From assembly GCA_016720655.1 (NCBI GenBank), contig JADKKE010000033.1:177923-241922 (forward strand): a DNA stretch of 64,000 bases. The letters are read 5' to 3'. This document shows, piece after piece, positions 43,868 through 56,200 of this stretch; the first letter of the stretch is position 1; every line of letters begins with the position of its first letter. Under the pieces are notes generated by a model. That model saw only the letters and a list, made by a program, of their open reading frames with translations, searched no databases and was not told the origin of the DNA. Position numbers and translations under genes: made by a program. The DNA is from Bacteroidota bacterium (GTDB lineage: Bacteria; Bacteroidota; Bacteroidia; AKYH767-A; 2013-40CM-41-45).

Positions 43868-45565
43868 TTATTTAAGTTTTAGAAATTTAGTAGTTAGCAG
43901 CTGTCCATCGATCTCGGTGCGGATGATATATGTACCCTGATCAAGGCGAGAAACATTCAGTTCTTGATTCTGTTCATCGACAATCCACTCTTGAGTTGAG
44001 ATAATTTTTCCAAATACATTCCAAATTTCTGTGTGACATTTTTTTCCGACAGAAAGGGAAGGCAACTGCAGTTTAAGATTGTTTTGAGTCACAGGATTTG
44101 GCCATACTGAAATGGCATTTGAAGATTCGCCTTCTTCTATGCCGGTTCCGGAAGACACCAGAAATTGCCCCATCATGCCATCATCTTCGTGCATTAGGAT
44201 ATGACAATGATACATATATGGAATTGCAGGGTCTGAATAATCTTCGAACTTCATGATTAGTCGAACGGTTTCATTTGGAAGAAGCAACACATCATCTTTG
44301 AATCCCAATTCTTGAGGAGGAGGAATAATTCCATCACGGTCAAGAATGAAAAACTGGACATCATGAATATGAAATGGATGTGCCATCATACTTTGATTTG
44401 AAATTGACCAAACTTCAATGTGATTCAGTGGAACCGTGTAATCAATCCGCATCATGTCGAAGGATTGGCCATTGAAATAAAATGGTCCTTCATAGGAAGT
44501 GCTGCTCTGTGGGGTGATAGTGATCCAGCGTGTCTCATTGGAAAAAGCTTCTAACAGTGGCGTGACCTGGACAAGGGAAGAGGGTATCGAATTCACGGCT
44601 GTTGAAGTTGGAGAAACAACATCGATCCGGAGAATATTAAAATCAACTCCATTCAAGGGGCAATCCCAGGTGCTGTCCATTCCTGAAATCAATGGCCCAC
44701 CATGGACACCCATCGGAAATTCAGAAGCGTAACTCATCAGATAAATAGTTTGTCCAAAGTAATGAAGCAGATCTATAAGAATTTCTGCTCTTTCACCCGG
44801 CGATAAACGAATCCGTGTTGTACTTACCGGTGCTTGCAACAAACCCCCATCGCTTGCAATAATGGAAAATGGAATATTTCCACTAAATCCAAAATTAAAA
44901 TTTCTGGATTGTGACGCATTGAGAAGACGCAATCGTACGACCTGACGGGGAAGATTGATTTGTGGATTGACTGTTCCATTTACCAATAGAATGCTATCGT
45001 TCATGCCTCTCCAGAGGACCTGGTTCATGGAATCAAATTGTTGAGTCTGCACAATGATTGGAAAATCATCGACACCATATGTTCTTGGGAGGTTGAGCGT
45101 AGATTCTACACTGTCGCGAACAATAATTAATCCTGCCGCACCGCGCATTGCTTGTTCACCTGTTCGCATGTGAAGATGTGGATGATACCAATAGGTTGCG
45201 GCATTATTTTTTACTGTGAACTGAGCAAGCCAGCTTGTGTTCGGGAGAATCACCGTATGCGGACCACCATCTGCAACCGCCGGAACATGCAATCCATGCC
45301 AATGCACAGTACTGGTATCCATCAGTTGGTTTTCAACGGTTAGACTTACAAAATCACCTTTGTTCAGAATCAGCGTGGGACCGAGATAAGAATAAGAATT
45401 GAATGCATTGGTAAATGTTTTTGTTCCGTTTATAAATGCAGTACTATCAGCATGTAGACGCAAGAGTATACTCGTACCGGAAAGTGTATCCGGAATTGCT
45501 ATCGGATTTTGTGCAGAAGCGAAAAGGGAAAATCCGGTTAATAAAGCTGCAATAAAAAATTTCAT
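43868..45565 (-). CDS. Multicopper oxidase (laccase/CueO-like) with T9SS C-terminal sorting domain
   Basis: The copper sites are HWHGLHVP, WYHPHLH, HPFHIHDVQF and HCHILMHEDDGMMGQF. There is a signal peptide. The tail reads ...VWPNPVTQNNLKLQL...TYIIRTEIDGQLLTTKFLKLK. Confidence 0.85.
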   Translation of the reverse strand: MKFFIAALLTGFSLFASAQNPIAIPDTLSGTSILLRLHADSTAFINGTKTFTNAFNSYSYLGPTLILNKGDFVSLTVENQLMDTSTVHWHGLHVPAVADGGPHTVILPNTSWLAQFTVKNNAATYWYHPHLHMRTGEQAMRGAAGLIIVRDSVESTLNLPRTYGVDDFPIIVQTQQFDSMNQVLWRGMNDSILLVNGTVNPQINLPRQVVRLRLLNASQSRNFNFGFSGNIPFSIIASDGGLLQAPVSTTRIRLSPGERAEILIDLLHYFGQTIYLMSYASEFPMGVHGGPLISGMDSTWDCPLNGVDFNILRIDVVSPTSTAVNSIPSSLVQVTPLLEAFSNETRWITITPQSSTSYEGPFYFNGQSFDMMRIDYTVPLNHIEVWSISNQSMMAHPFHIHDVQFFILDRDGIIPPPQELGFKDDVLLLPNETVRLIMKFEDYSDPAIPYMYHCHILMHEDDGMMGQFLVSSGTGIEEGESSNAISVWPNPVTQNNLKLQLPSLSVGKKCHTEIWNVFGKIISTQEWIVDEQNQELNVSRLDQGTYIIRTEIDGQLLTTKFLKLK

Positions 45566-45643
45566 TTTTTAAATTTCATTTCCTGAACAGAAAGACTGTC
45601 ATTTTGGGAACATTTATTTTGTACCAAAATTACAATTCAATAG

Positions 45644-48600
45644 TTAACGAACCAATGTTACATGTCCAATAAACCGATGCAGTTTTCCATTGTAATCGTG
45701 AACATTAATGATGTATTCATATACATCATTTTGACAAAGGGCTCCATTCCCGAAGAAAGTTCCATCCCAGGCCATTCCCGGTAAGTTGGAATGAAAAATT
45801 TTCACACCCCAACGATCAATGATCCACATGTCGTAATCGATGAATCCAATTCCCTGAGCAATAAATGTTTCGTTGATACCATCCTTATTAGGAGTAAATG
45901 CATTGGGAATGTAAATAGCAAATTCCTGTTCCACTTTCAGGATGCTGTATATCGTATCTGTACATCCGCCATTGTTGGTGACAATGAGTTGAACTATATA
46001 CGAACCTGTATCAGGATAAATATGTGAAGGACTTGATTCGGCAGATGTCGCAGACCCATCTCCAAAATTCCATTCCCAGTAATTTGCATCAATACTGTTG
46101 TCGTTGAAAAATATTTCAGGATTGTAACTCGAGACAACATTGGACGATTGATAAAAAGCAGCGGTAGGGAAACCATGCACAATCACAGTATTTTCAACAG
46201 TAACCGTATCCGCACATCCTTCCGGAGAAATTATTGCCAATGAAATATCGTAATGTCCGGGCTGTTCGTAGATATGTGAGGGATTGGAGTCAGTGGAAAG
46301 TGTATTGTCATCCAAATTCCAAAAATAGGAAGAACCGGACTGCTGCGGATAGTAATTTTGAAATTCAACAGCTACAGGCATACAGCCCTGGATCTGGTGT
46401 GGGAGAAAATCAACCAAAGGAAGTGGGTGAACAATAACACTCACAGTATCCTTTGCAACCGGAGAACAGCCATCTGAAACCGTAACAATAAAAGTAGAAT
46501 CCGATTCGGGATGAACCGAAGCGTCGGCAGTGATAATACTGCTGTCGTTCCATGCATACTGATAGGGTCCGCCATTTCCTCCTCCGGCCAGAGCGGAAAT
46601 AGTTGTAGACTCACCAAAACATATTTCCGGAATAATATCTGCAATTACTGATAAGGCCGGGTGTACAGTAACCACGATTGAATCCGGATCAAGTGAACAA
46701 TTGTTAGAATCCAGAACAATCACAGTATAGATTGTTGTTATGGCAGGTGAAACGATTAGTGAATCTCCGGGGTCACCCGTGTTCCAGAGAAAATTATACG
46801 GTGGAGTTCCTCCGCTGGCATTGGCTGTCAACACAGTTTCCTGGCCGATGCATTTTGTTACAGGTCCGGAACAATTTAAATTTAGCGCCGGTGGTTCATC
46901 GATTGTTACAGAAGTAGTGATCGTGCATCCGAAGGAATCCGTGACTGTAACAGTATAGTCACCGGCATGCAGGTTTGTTGCTTCACTGTTTGTATATCCA
47001 CCCGGTGTCCATGAATATTGAAATGGACTTGTACCTCCTGAAGCAATCACAGCAACAGATCCCTGTGCAGAGTCTTTACACAATGCCGGAGTACTGCTTG
47101 TTATGGCAAGTAGCAATGTATCTGAAAAATAACGACACTATCTATTGATATACAGGAATTGGTATCGGTTACTGTGACGGTATAAAGCACATTCGAATCG
47201 GGCGCAACAATTATCTCTTGAGTAGTTGCTCCACCCGGATTCCACGCATAAACGATTCCTCCGCTTGCTTGTAATGTATCCTGTTCTCCAAAGCATAAAA
47301 ACAGATCCGGGCCGGCATTCGCTATTGGCAATGGATGTACGGTGATTCGAGTTGTATCTTGTGCTTCACAACCATTGGTATCAATAACATGTACGATGTA
47401 ACTCGTACTTGTGTCCGGAGCAATGGCAATGTTCTGAGTCGTACCGGATCCAGGATTCCAGGAATACGTGAAGGGTCCTGATGAGGCGCGTAAGGTGTCA
47501 CTTTCACCAAAACAAATTGCCCGGTCGGCACCGGAATTTACAAGAGGTAAATTGTGAACTGTGACATGCACAAGATCGGTATCCTGGCACCCGAATGCAT
47601 CGGTTACTTCAACAATATAATTTGTACTTGAACTTGGTTTGACAAGAAGAAACTGTGTCGTATCACCTGTAGGAATCCACGAATAATGAACACCTCCGGT
47701 CGCTCCAAGTGTGGTCGAATCGTTTAAACAGATTTCTGTATCCGGCCCGGCATTAGCAACAGGAAGCGGTTTTACATATACCCAAACACGATCTTCAGCA
47801 GAACAATTGTTGGTGTCGACAATAGACAATGTATACACTGTTGTGCTGAGCGGGTTCACGATTATCTGTTGTGTCGTTGCTCCTCCTGGATTCCATGTAT
47901 AACTGCTTCCGGCAGATGCATTCAGTGTTGCAGCGTCTCCAATACAAATTGTCTGATCAATTCCTGCAAATGCACTTGGAATTGAATTCACCTGAACACG
48001 AACAGTATCCCAGGAATGACATCCATTGGTATCGGTCGCCGTAATAATGTAATCTGTGGTGACTGAAGGATGAACAGAAATTTGCGAAGTAGTTGCCCCT
48101 CCCGGACTCCATGAATATGTTACCTGGCCAAATGCATTTGCTGAAATCGTGGTCGTGTCTCCCAGACAGATAACTCTGTTTGAACTCACATTCAGATTGG
48201 GCCCCCGACGCACAAAAACCGTAACCGTATCCGTATTCTGACAACCGTAAATATTGGTGGCGGTGAAAATATATGGCTGCGTACTTCCCGGATTCACAGT
48301 GATGGATGCAGTTGTTGCATTTCCCGGGAACCATGTGTGCGTCGCTCCGCCAATTCCTACCAGTGTTGCATAAGCTCCATTACAGATTGTTTGATCCAAG
48401 CCGGCATTGGGAGCCGGCAATCCGGAAATCGTTACTGCGTGTGCAACAGAATCAATACAGCCATCAACATTTTGAACAACGAGTGAAACCATATAATTAC
48501 CGGCAGCGGCATAAACATGAGCCGGACTTTGAACCGGTGATGTTGCACCATCTCCAAAATACCATGTCCAGTCTATGATTGTACTGGGCGAGACAGAGTG

Positions 48601-50286
48601 GTCAGTAAAATTCAACTGTGCATTTACACATGCATTGCTTGGAGTAAAAGTGGCAGTTGGATGGTTGAGAGAAAGGTGAAGTGTTTGAATTAGTGTGTCA
48701 ATGCATCCTCCAGCTGTTTGAACAATCAGCCGAACTGGATAATTGCCGGCTGTTGCAAATGTATGCGCAGGGTTCTGCAAGAGAGAAGTACCTCCGTCGC
48801 CGAAATTCCAGGAATAAGAAGAGATCACACCTCCACTCACACTGGATAAATTAGTGAATTGAACATTCAGACTCGAACAAGAAAAATTGCTTGTAAAATT
48901 TGCAAGCGGCACTCCGGCCGCAGGATTCACCATTGCAGTATCCGAATTAAAACAAGATCCACCCGAAGCCGTTACAATATAAGTTCCGGGTCCGGTGGTT
49001 ATCGATGACGTGGTTTGCCCTGTATTCCAGAGATAAGTATAAACTCCACTGCCACCGGAGGCGACGGCATTTAAAGTTGCAGTCGCATTGCAACCAATTG
49101 TAAAATCAGGACCAGCGTCAACATCGAGTCCGCCTACAGTAATGCAATATGAATAAATCTGATTTCCGGCATACGGACAATTGTCATCAGTAACGACAAC
49201 TGTGAAACAATGTGGGTTCGGACTTATATCGGCCTGTGTAGGTGTCCAGCAAAAAGTCGCAGTCTCGCGATGACCGGGAAGTGTTGTCAGGATTCCACCG
49301 GGAATGGAATGATCCCAATCGATATAAGTATTCTGAACTGCATCACCATCACCTGAATTTATTGTGAAACAGGTTTGTGAACCGGCACATACGGTCATGG
49401 AAAAAACATTGGTTCCATTCATACCTGTAAGTGTTGGCAAAATATTGTTACAGGTAATCACAGTGACCTGTATGTCCCGTTCAACACTTCCGATGAGGAC
49501 GCCATTCCTGAATTCCTGAACAAGTACGGCCATTACAGTAACTTCCAGGCTTGTCGGAGTCATGCAAATATCACCCGTGAGCGGATTGAAACTAACGGCA
49601 GGGTTAGATGAAAGTGGAGACGTTGCTGTAAAAGGAGGCAGGTAAGCGACAGAAAGTCCGGCAGAATCGTAGGGAGTAATCATTGAATAGGCAAGGGAGT
49701 CGCCATCCACATCAAAACCTCCGTGATTGTAACAAAACTGTTGCCCCATGCAAGCAAATGGAACCGGCTTGTTGGAAAAAACAGGTGAATTGTTGCAAGG
49801 TGTTATGGTGTTGTTCAACGTTGCATAAATATACATGAGCGTATTGCCCGGTACATCAATATTGGTGATCGCCCAGTTTCTGCAACACAAATTGAAACTA
49901 AAAGTCCAGTCAGCACACGGACCGGGAAGATTCACAATTCCTCTGTATACATATTCCTGAATTCCGGTGAACTGTCCGCCATTACATGTGGTGGTATCGT
50001 TTCGGCAGATCGGACTAATTTCCTGACCTGTGCCAGGAATCTGATAGATGGTCAGAGTGTCATCACCGAAACAGGAAGAATTAAAATGAATGAGTGCGGC
50101 AGTATCTGCTTCAACTCCGGCGCAATCGCGATAAAAAGAAAGAGTAATCTCATAACTGTTTCCACCCAAACAACGGTAAGTCAGATCGGATCCCATAGAG
50201 TGACTGGCTTGCAACTTTTGGTGGCTTGCAAGCATCATCAGGAGGATGAGAAGAAAGGAAAAGTATTTAACCGGAATTCGGTTCAT
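45644..50286 (-). CDS. Large SprB/Ig-repeat adhesin (~1,550 aa) with type-B T9SS C-terminal domain, split by a frameshift near 47110
   Basis: It begins with a signal peptide and an N-terminal domain, followed by about 12 repeats of the form P.ANAG.D..IC.G...TL.A.GG..Y.W.PG..T...I.V.P..T..Y.V.V.D.NGC. The C-terminus reads PNAFTPNKDGINETF...DRWGVKIF...WDG. The junction DSVVIF|...LLLAITSSTPALC is restored by changing a T5 run to T6. Confidence 0.75.
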
Positions 50287-50607
50287 TGTCGTTGGAAGGT
50301 GGAAAGGGGCATTAATTTACAAGAAATCAGCTTAATAACCGCGCAACTTAGGTCAATTTTCTGGTTGAAGAATGAATTAATAGGTAAAAACCCGCTTCTA
50401 ATCGGTGTTTCATGGCTTTTTATTAAAATTAAGCAGAACCGGATTGAAATTTATTGGAAAAATCTTCTGCTTTTAATTTGAGCATTTGAAAATAATAGGA
50501 GATTCCGTTTGGGACAAGCTATTCCACCATTACCTTGGCTCAGGGTTTTCGAAATACAAATCGATCCAATGAACCACATGAATATGGTTTTTTAAGCGTC
50601 TTATCAG

Positions 50608-51603
50608 GTGAATGAAATTAAATTGATAAAAAATAGTTTTCAAAAAGAATCTGCCATTCTGCTACTCTTGTTTTTTCCGGCAGCTATCTGGATTGCCATT
50701 AACGATCACGCACCGATGTTATGGAAAGTTACGCATCCATTCTCGGATGCTGTTTTCGGCGTAGTGAATCAGGAGTTTCCGGGGCCATTGGTGTACAGAA
50801 TTATGCTTCCGTATACAGTTAGTTTTTTACACGATTTGTTTCCAATGATTTCGTATATAAAATTTGATTTCGGAATTAAAGTAATGATATTGTTCGGGAT
50901 ACAATTTTCATTTTTCAGGTTTCTCCGTAATTTTTTCACTGGTGAACTGAGTCTATTAGGAGTATTGTGGCTTGATTTATTTATTGATTACTGTCTTTCA
51001 TTTTTTCTCGGTTCCAACATTTTTGAGAGTGCTGACCTCATGAATATATTATTCATGAGCCTGGCGCTTCAGTTTCTGTATAAAAAAAAGCTGCCTTGGT
51101 TTTATCTCCTGCTTTTTATTGGAATGTTCAATCGGGAAACACTGTTGATATTGTTGGTGCCGGTGATGCTTGGGTATTTTCGTTCGGAATACAAGTTTAA
51201 GGTTGTTCTTTTCACAGTGCTTGCTCTTGTGATTCCATTTGTCGGGATTCGGTTGGCAATTCATCCTGCGAGTGGGCAACATTTCTTATTTGACTTCATC
51301 AAACAAAATTTTCCATATCCTGGAAATTCTGAAAATTTATTTGCTTTGAAATCGCTCTTTCGTTTCGGAATCCTTCTGGGTCCGGTGATTATTCTGGCTG
51401 CGTATAAATTCAGAAAAAAGACTCCGTTTTTATTACGTACAGGAACGGCATTTATCTTATTGCTGCTGCTCCATTTTCTGGTAGGCCGTATCATTGAGTC
51501 TCGTTTGTGGATGCCTGCATTTATTCTTCTCATTCCTCTGGCTCTGGAGACGATACGGACTATTTTTTCAGGCAAAGAAATTCCTGAACTTCGAAACGAA
51601 TGA
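50608..51603 (+). CDS. Polytopic membrane protein, hypothetical (possibly GT-C-like)
   Basis: The 331-aa ORF has about 9 TM helices. Confidence 0.5.
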   Translation: MNEIKLIKNSFQKESAILLLLFFPAAIWIAINDHAPMLWKVTHPFSDAVFGVVNQEFPGPLVYRIMLPYTVSFLHDLFPMISYIKFDFGIKVMILFGIQFSFFRFLRNFFTGELSLLGVLWLDLFIDYCLSFFLGSNIFESADLMNILFMSLALQFLYKKKLPWFYLLLFIGMFNRETLLILLVPVMLGYFRSEYKFKVVLFTVLALVIPFVGIRLAIHPASGQHFLFDFIKQNFPYPGNSENLFALKSLFRFGILLGPVIILAAYKFRKKTPFLLRTGTAFILLLLLHFLVGRIIESRLWMPAFILLIPLALETIRTIFSGKEIPELRNE

Positions 51604-51610
51604 AATTAAC

Positions 51611-53014
51611 TTAGTTGCCGGTAACTCCATAAATCTGGTCGAGTAGCCAGTTTTTGTCTGAAATATTCTGGTGTGAAATAATTTCGTTTTTTACGGCATT
51701 CAGTTTTGTTGTGCTTGTTCCCGCACGAAAGATTTTTAACGTGTAGCGGATAAAATTCAAATAGATTTCCTTTTGGTAAGCAGAGACCAGTTTATTCCGG
51801 CGAATAAATATTTTGAATGCTGAAATATGGTGCAACATCGTTTCTACATCATCCAATTCAAAATATACCTTCAGCAAAATTGAACGAGCATCCAATTGAT
51901 AATAGAGATCGGTAAATTCTACTGCCTGAAGAAGTTTTAACGTTTGCCTGAAATTTTTATGATAATAGGAAAGCATCGCCGAATTGTAGGTGAGCGCGTT
52001 CGCGCGTTCATCAATAGGCAGAAAATTAAGATATTTTCGAATAAATTCCCTCACCCATTTTTCTTCCTGCAAACGCAAACCAAGTGTTACAATATTCTTG
52101 TATTCCCATGGTGAGAAATCACCGTGATTCATTATTCTTTTGTTCGAAAGTATTGTTTTGTACAATTCAAATAGAATTTTTCTGTAGCCATCATTTCCTG
52201 TATTGATCATACGGATACAGAAATTCTTTACATATTGATAGGTGTTATTGAGATCCGGAATCGGGAATTTTGTATTGGACAGATTAATGAGTTTCACAAC
52301 ACGCAGAAAATAATCTTCACTTTCTTTTTCCGGGCTTGTGAGCATCATCAGTATCCCATAGTAGACTTCAATAAGTGGCGACTGAAAAAAATTATTCCTT
52401 ACGATGAGCTCACAAATATCCTCGATGAGCAGCATATCAGTTTCTGTATTGAACACATTTCGAAGATTAATGAGCTCACATTGCAACTGAAGTTTTCTCA
52501 GAAAATAAAAATGATCAAGGTTGCTAAGGATGCTCAGGTAATCGGCTTGTCGCACACGCGTTGCTGAATATTGATGGTCAAGCTCTGCGCTCTGGTATTG
52601 GTACAGATAGAATGAAACACTTTCAAGAGGATCCAGTTGCCGGAAACGGAATTTTGCAAATGCATGAGCCTTCACAGCGTTCCTTTCCGCTAGTGATCTT
52701 CTTAATTGCAGCAAGTATTGATGCTGATCTTTTTCGAATTCACGAAGGGCAAGAAAATTTTCGATATGCCCTGACAAATAGGAAAAAAGATAGCGCACTT
52801 GCTTATCATCATACCGTTTGCCGGGGAACAGGGATTTGTAAAGACTCTTTTTATCAATGGTTTTAGTTTGTGGAGTGTCTTTGCTGAGCAACTCAAACAA
52901 CTGCACTACCTTTGGGTTTGATATATATATAGGAGAAGCCAGATAGGCTTCAAAAGCTGCCGTTTCAGTGTGCTTCAGAATACCCAACAATTCCTGTACC
53001 TTGATGGTCCGCAT
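51611..53014 (-). CDS. Hypothetical all-alpha cytoplasmic protein
   Basis: The 467-aa ORF has no recognisable motif. It converges on the preceding gene with an 8-bp gap. Confidence 0.45.
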   Translation of the reverse strand: MRTIKVQELLGILKHTETAAFEAYLASPIYISNPKVVQLFELLSKDTPQTKTIDKKSLYKSLFPGKRYDDKQVRYLFSYLSGHIENFLALREFEKDQHQYLLQLRRSLAERNAVKAHAFAKFRFRQLDPLESVSFYLYQYQSAELDHQYSATRVRQADYLSILSNLDHFYFLRKLQLQCELINLRNVFNTETDMLLIEDICELIVRNNFFQSPLIEVYYGILMMLTSPEKESEDYFLRVVKLINLSNTKFPIPDLNNTYQYVKNFCIRMINTGNDGYRKILFELYKTILSNKRIMNHGDFSPWEYKNIVTLGLRLQEEKWVREFIRKYLNFLPIDERANALTYNSAMLSYYHKNFRQTLKLLQAVEFTDLYYQLDARSILLKVYFELDDVETMLHHISAFKIFIRRNKLVSAYQKEIYLNFIRYTLKIFRAGTSTTKLNAVKNEIISHQNISDKNWLLDQIYGVTGN

Positions 53015-53218
53015 GGCTGAATTGATAATTTCTTCAAAGATAAAAAAATCATCTTGCTGACAAATGCCTATAAATAGTTAAAATATTTCGAATATTAAGG
53101 AGTAAATGTGTTAATTACATTGAAAACAAGTGCTGACAAACTTCATAATTTGTATTTTTATTCTGAGCTTACCCGCTCTATGTTTGTAGCGTGAAATTGT
53201 ATCCACAATTTTGTACTA

Positions 53219-56200
53219 ATGCAGAAGACTATGAAAACGATCTCCAGATTTTACCTCCGGCTTTTGGCCATATTATTTCTTCTCCCATTGATCAGCAATG
53301 CCGCAGACTATTATTGGGTTGGTGGCTCTGGTAACTGGAGCGATTATTCCAATCACTGGGCAACAAGCAGTGGAGGAAGTGTATTCCATGCGGGTATTCC
53401 AACTCTCAATGATGATGTCATCGTTGATAATCTTTCTTTTTCCGCGCCGGGTCAAACTCTTCTGCTGGACTCTACTTTTTACTATTGTAAAAGTATGACC
53501 TGGTCCGGCATTCAGTTTAATCCTGAACTTCAAGGAAACGGAGCAACCCTCTATGTTTACGGATCACTCACACTTGATCCGGCAATGGTATTCAGCAATA
53601 CCTTGCTGGTATTTCGTGGAACAGGTGCCGGGAATACGTTCAGTCCCGGAAATCAGACTTTTTACCATATCACATTCGACAGCTTTGGTGAATACAGTCT
53701 GAGCGATGCATTGCACAGCAATCAGGATATTCGGCTTCAGTCAGGAGCAAGCCTGGATGCAAATGGTTACGACATTACCTGTCGTTCCATTTTTTCCGAT
53801 AATGGAACAAACATAACCCTCGGCGATATTGATATTAATCTCGATGGTGTTTGGAATGACGCTCAAACATCACGAACGGTTCAGCTGAACGGAAATGTCG
53901 TGAATAGTGCATCCACAAATTTATTCTTCCACTGCAACATTGGTTTTGTGAATGCTATTGTTAATCCTATTGTTGTTGATTCGATCTCATTCTCGAATAC
54001 CGGTTCGGTTCATGGTACCACGGCCAATTATCTTTCGGTTGCGGCGGTTTCAAATCTGAACACGTGTACGATCGGCAAAGCTTTATTTGGAGCTTCGGAT
54101 GCATATCTCACCGATTGTACATTTGATACTTTGCAAGGACATTCCTTTGTGTTTAGCGGTGATGCTACTGTAATTACAGTCAATAGTCTTTTCGATTTAC
54201 AATCCGACTGCAACAATCTTGCATCACTAAAAAGTTTCAACTCTCCTTCCGGATATACGGAACTAAACATTCCTTCCGGAACTGTAAGTATTGACTGGGT
54301 AAATCTTGAAGCCATTCACGCAATCGGAGGAGCTACATTTGTTGCAAACAATGTCATCGATCTTGGAAATAATACCGGTTGGTCCATTACACCGATCACC
54401 CCACGCGACTTGTATTGGGTGGGCGGAAGTGGCAACTGGAACGACGGAGCACATTGGTCACTAACAAGCGGTGGCAGCAGTGCCGGATGCAAACCAACAT
54501 TGCTCGACAATGCATTTTTTGATGCCAATTCATTCTTAGGCAATGACACTGTTACATCAGATCAATACGAAGTTGAAGTCAACTCCCTCAGTGTTTCTGG
54601 ATTGACAAGCAACCCGATGTTCCTGGGATCAATTCTATCTGTGTATGGTTCCCTTACACTTGATCCGCAATTGCGTTGGCAAATGATGAGTGTGCATCTG
54701 AAAGGAAATGTTCCTCTGCAAACGATTACAACAAATGGACTTGCTTTGAATTATGTCGAAGTACTTTCAGGTTCAAGCTATCAATTGCAGGATGATCTTT
54801 ATTGTGAAGAATTTTATCTGATAACAGGAGAATTGAATCTGAATGGAAAACGTCTGGATGCAACCATAGTGAATACTTATACGGGAACTACATTGGATGC
54901 GTTTAATTCTACAATTTCCGGAAAAGAAATAACATTAAGTAGTGTAGTGAACGGTTCAAATTCGACTTCCTTAATACTTGACCGGCCAGCCTCTGTACTG
55001 TTAAGTCCTGGAAATTTTTACAGTGTACTCTTTCAGGAAGATGGAGTATTAACTTCTGATCTGACTGCACATTATTTAACGGCAAATTCAAATCTTGAAG
55101 TGAACGATACTGTTTATGTTGTTGTTGCGGATTTGCACAAGAATACTCATTGGAAATCAACAGGTGTAATCGATTCATTGTTGTTGAATAATGGAGGATA
55201 CAATCTCACACTTGATCCGGGAGTTTTTCTCAATATCAATGCGACAATTATCAGCAATGGAGATTGTAATCATTTGGTCGGCATAAATTCTTCTGTCTAT
55301 GGACAACAAGCAAACATCGGAATTGCAAGCGGACCCCTTACCATTGATTATGTTCAGGTCAGTAATATTATTGCAAATTCCACGATTACGGCAAACAACA
55401 GTATCGATGCCGGAAATAATTTAGGATGGACAATCAATTCACCTGCATCCAGAAATCTTTTTTGGATCGGTGGAAGTGGAAACTGGAGCGATGCTGCACA
55501 TTGGTCTCTCAGTAGCGGAGGATCAGCAGCTTCCTGCATTCCCTCTGCTGTGGACAATGTGGTCGTGGATTCAAATTCAGGACTCGCATCCGGTACGATG
55601 ACAGTTGATTTATCAAATGCAGCTGTGCACAATATTGATCTCAGTAATGCGGGTCCGGGAATTGTATTGACCGGAGAAAATTTGCAGGTCATGGGCTCGA
55701 TGTCTCTTGCTTCCGGAATGGATTGGCAACTGACAACCTTAACACTGAGTCCGCAATCGGGTACGAGTCAAATCACAAGTTCGGGTACTCGTTTCTTTGA
55801 TGTTGTTGTGAATGGAACCGGAACGATTTCTCTTAATGATGAATGGTATGGAAGAACACTCGACATTCAGAGTGGATCTTTCGATATGAATGGACAGGAT
55901 CTGAGCACTTCTGTGATCACTAGTGCTACGGGAACTAATTTTATCAGCGGTGCTGTGACGATTACTGTTGCAAACTTTTATCTCCAGGGCTCAATTTCAA
56001 ATTCATCGTCGACTGATTTTATTTGCAAACATTTACCGGTACCCTACAATGTGAACAATTTATTTTTATTCCGCACTTCTGGAACTTACCGGGACATCAC
56101 AGTTATGGAATCGGGTCTTTCTTTTCTGAATACAGATGTGAATTGTCGTGTGATCACTGCGTACGGGGATTTTTCCTATGCCGGTTATGCGAGTGTTGAT

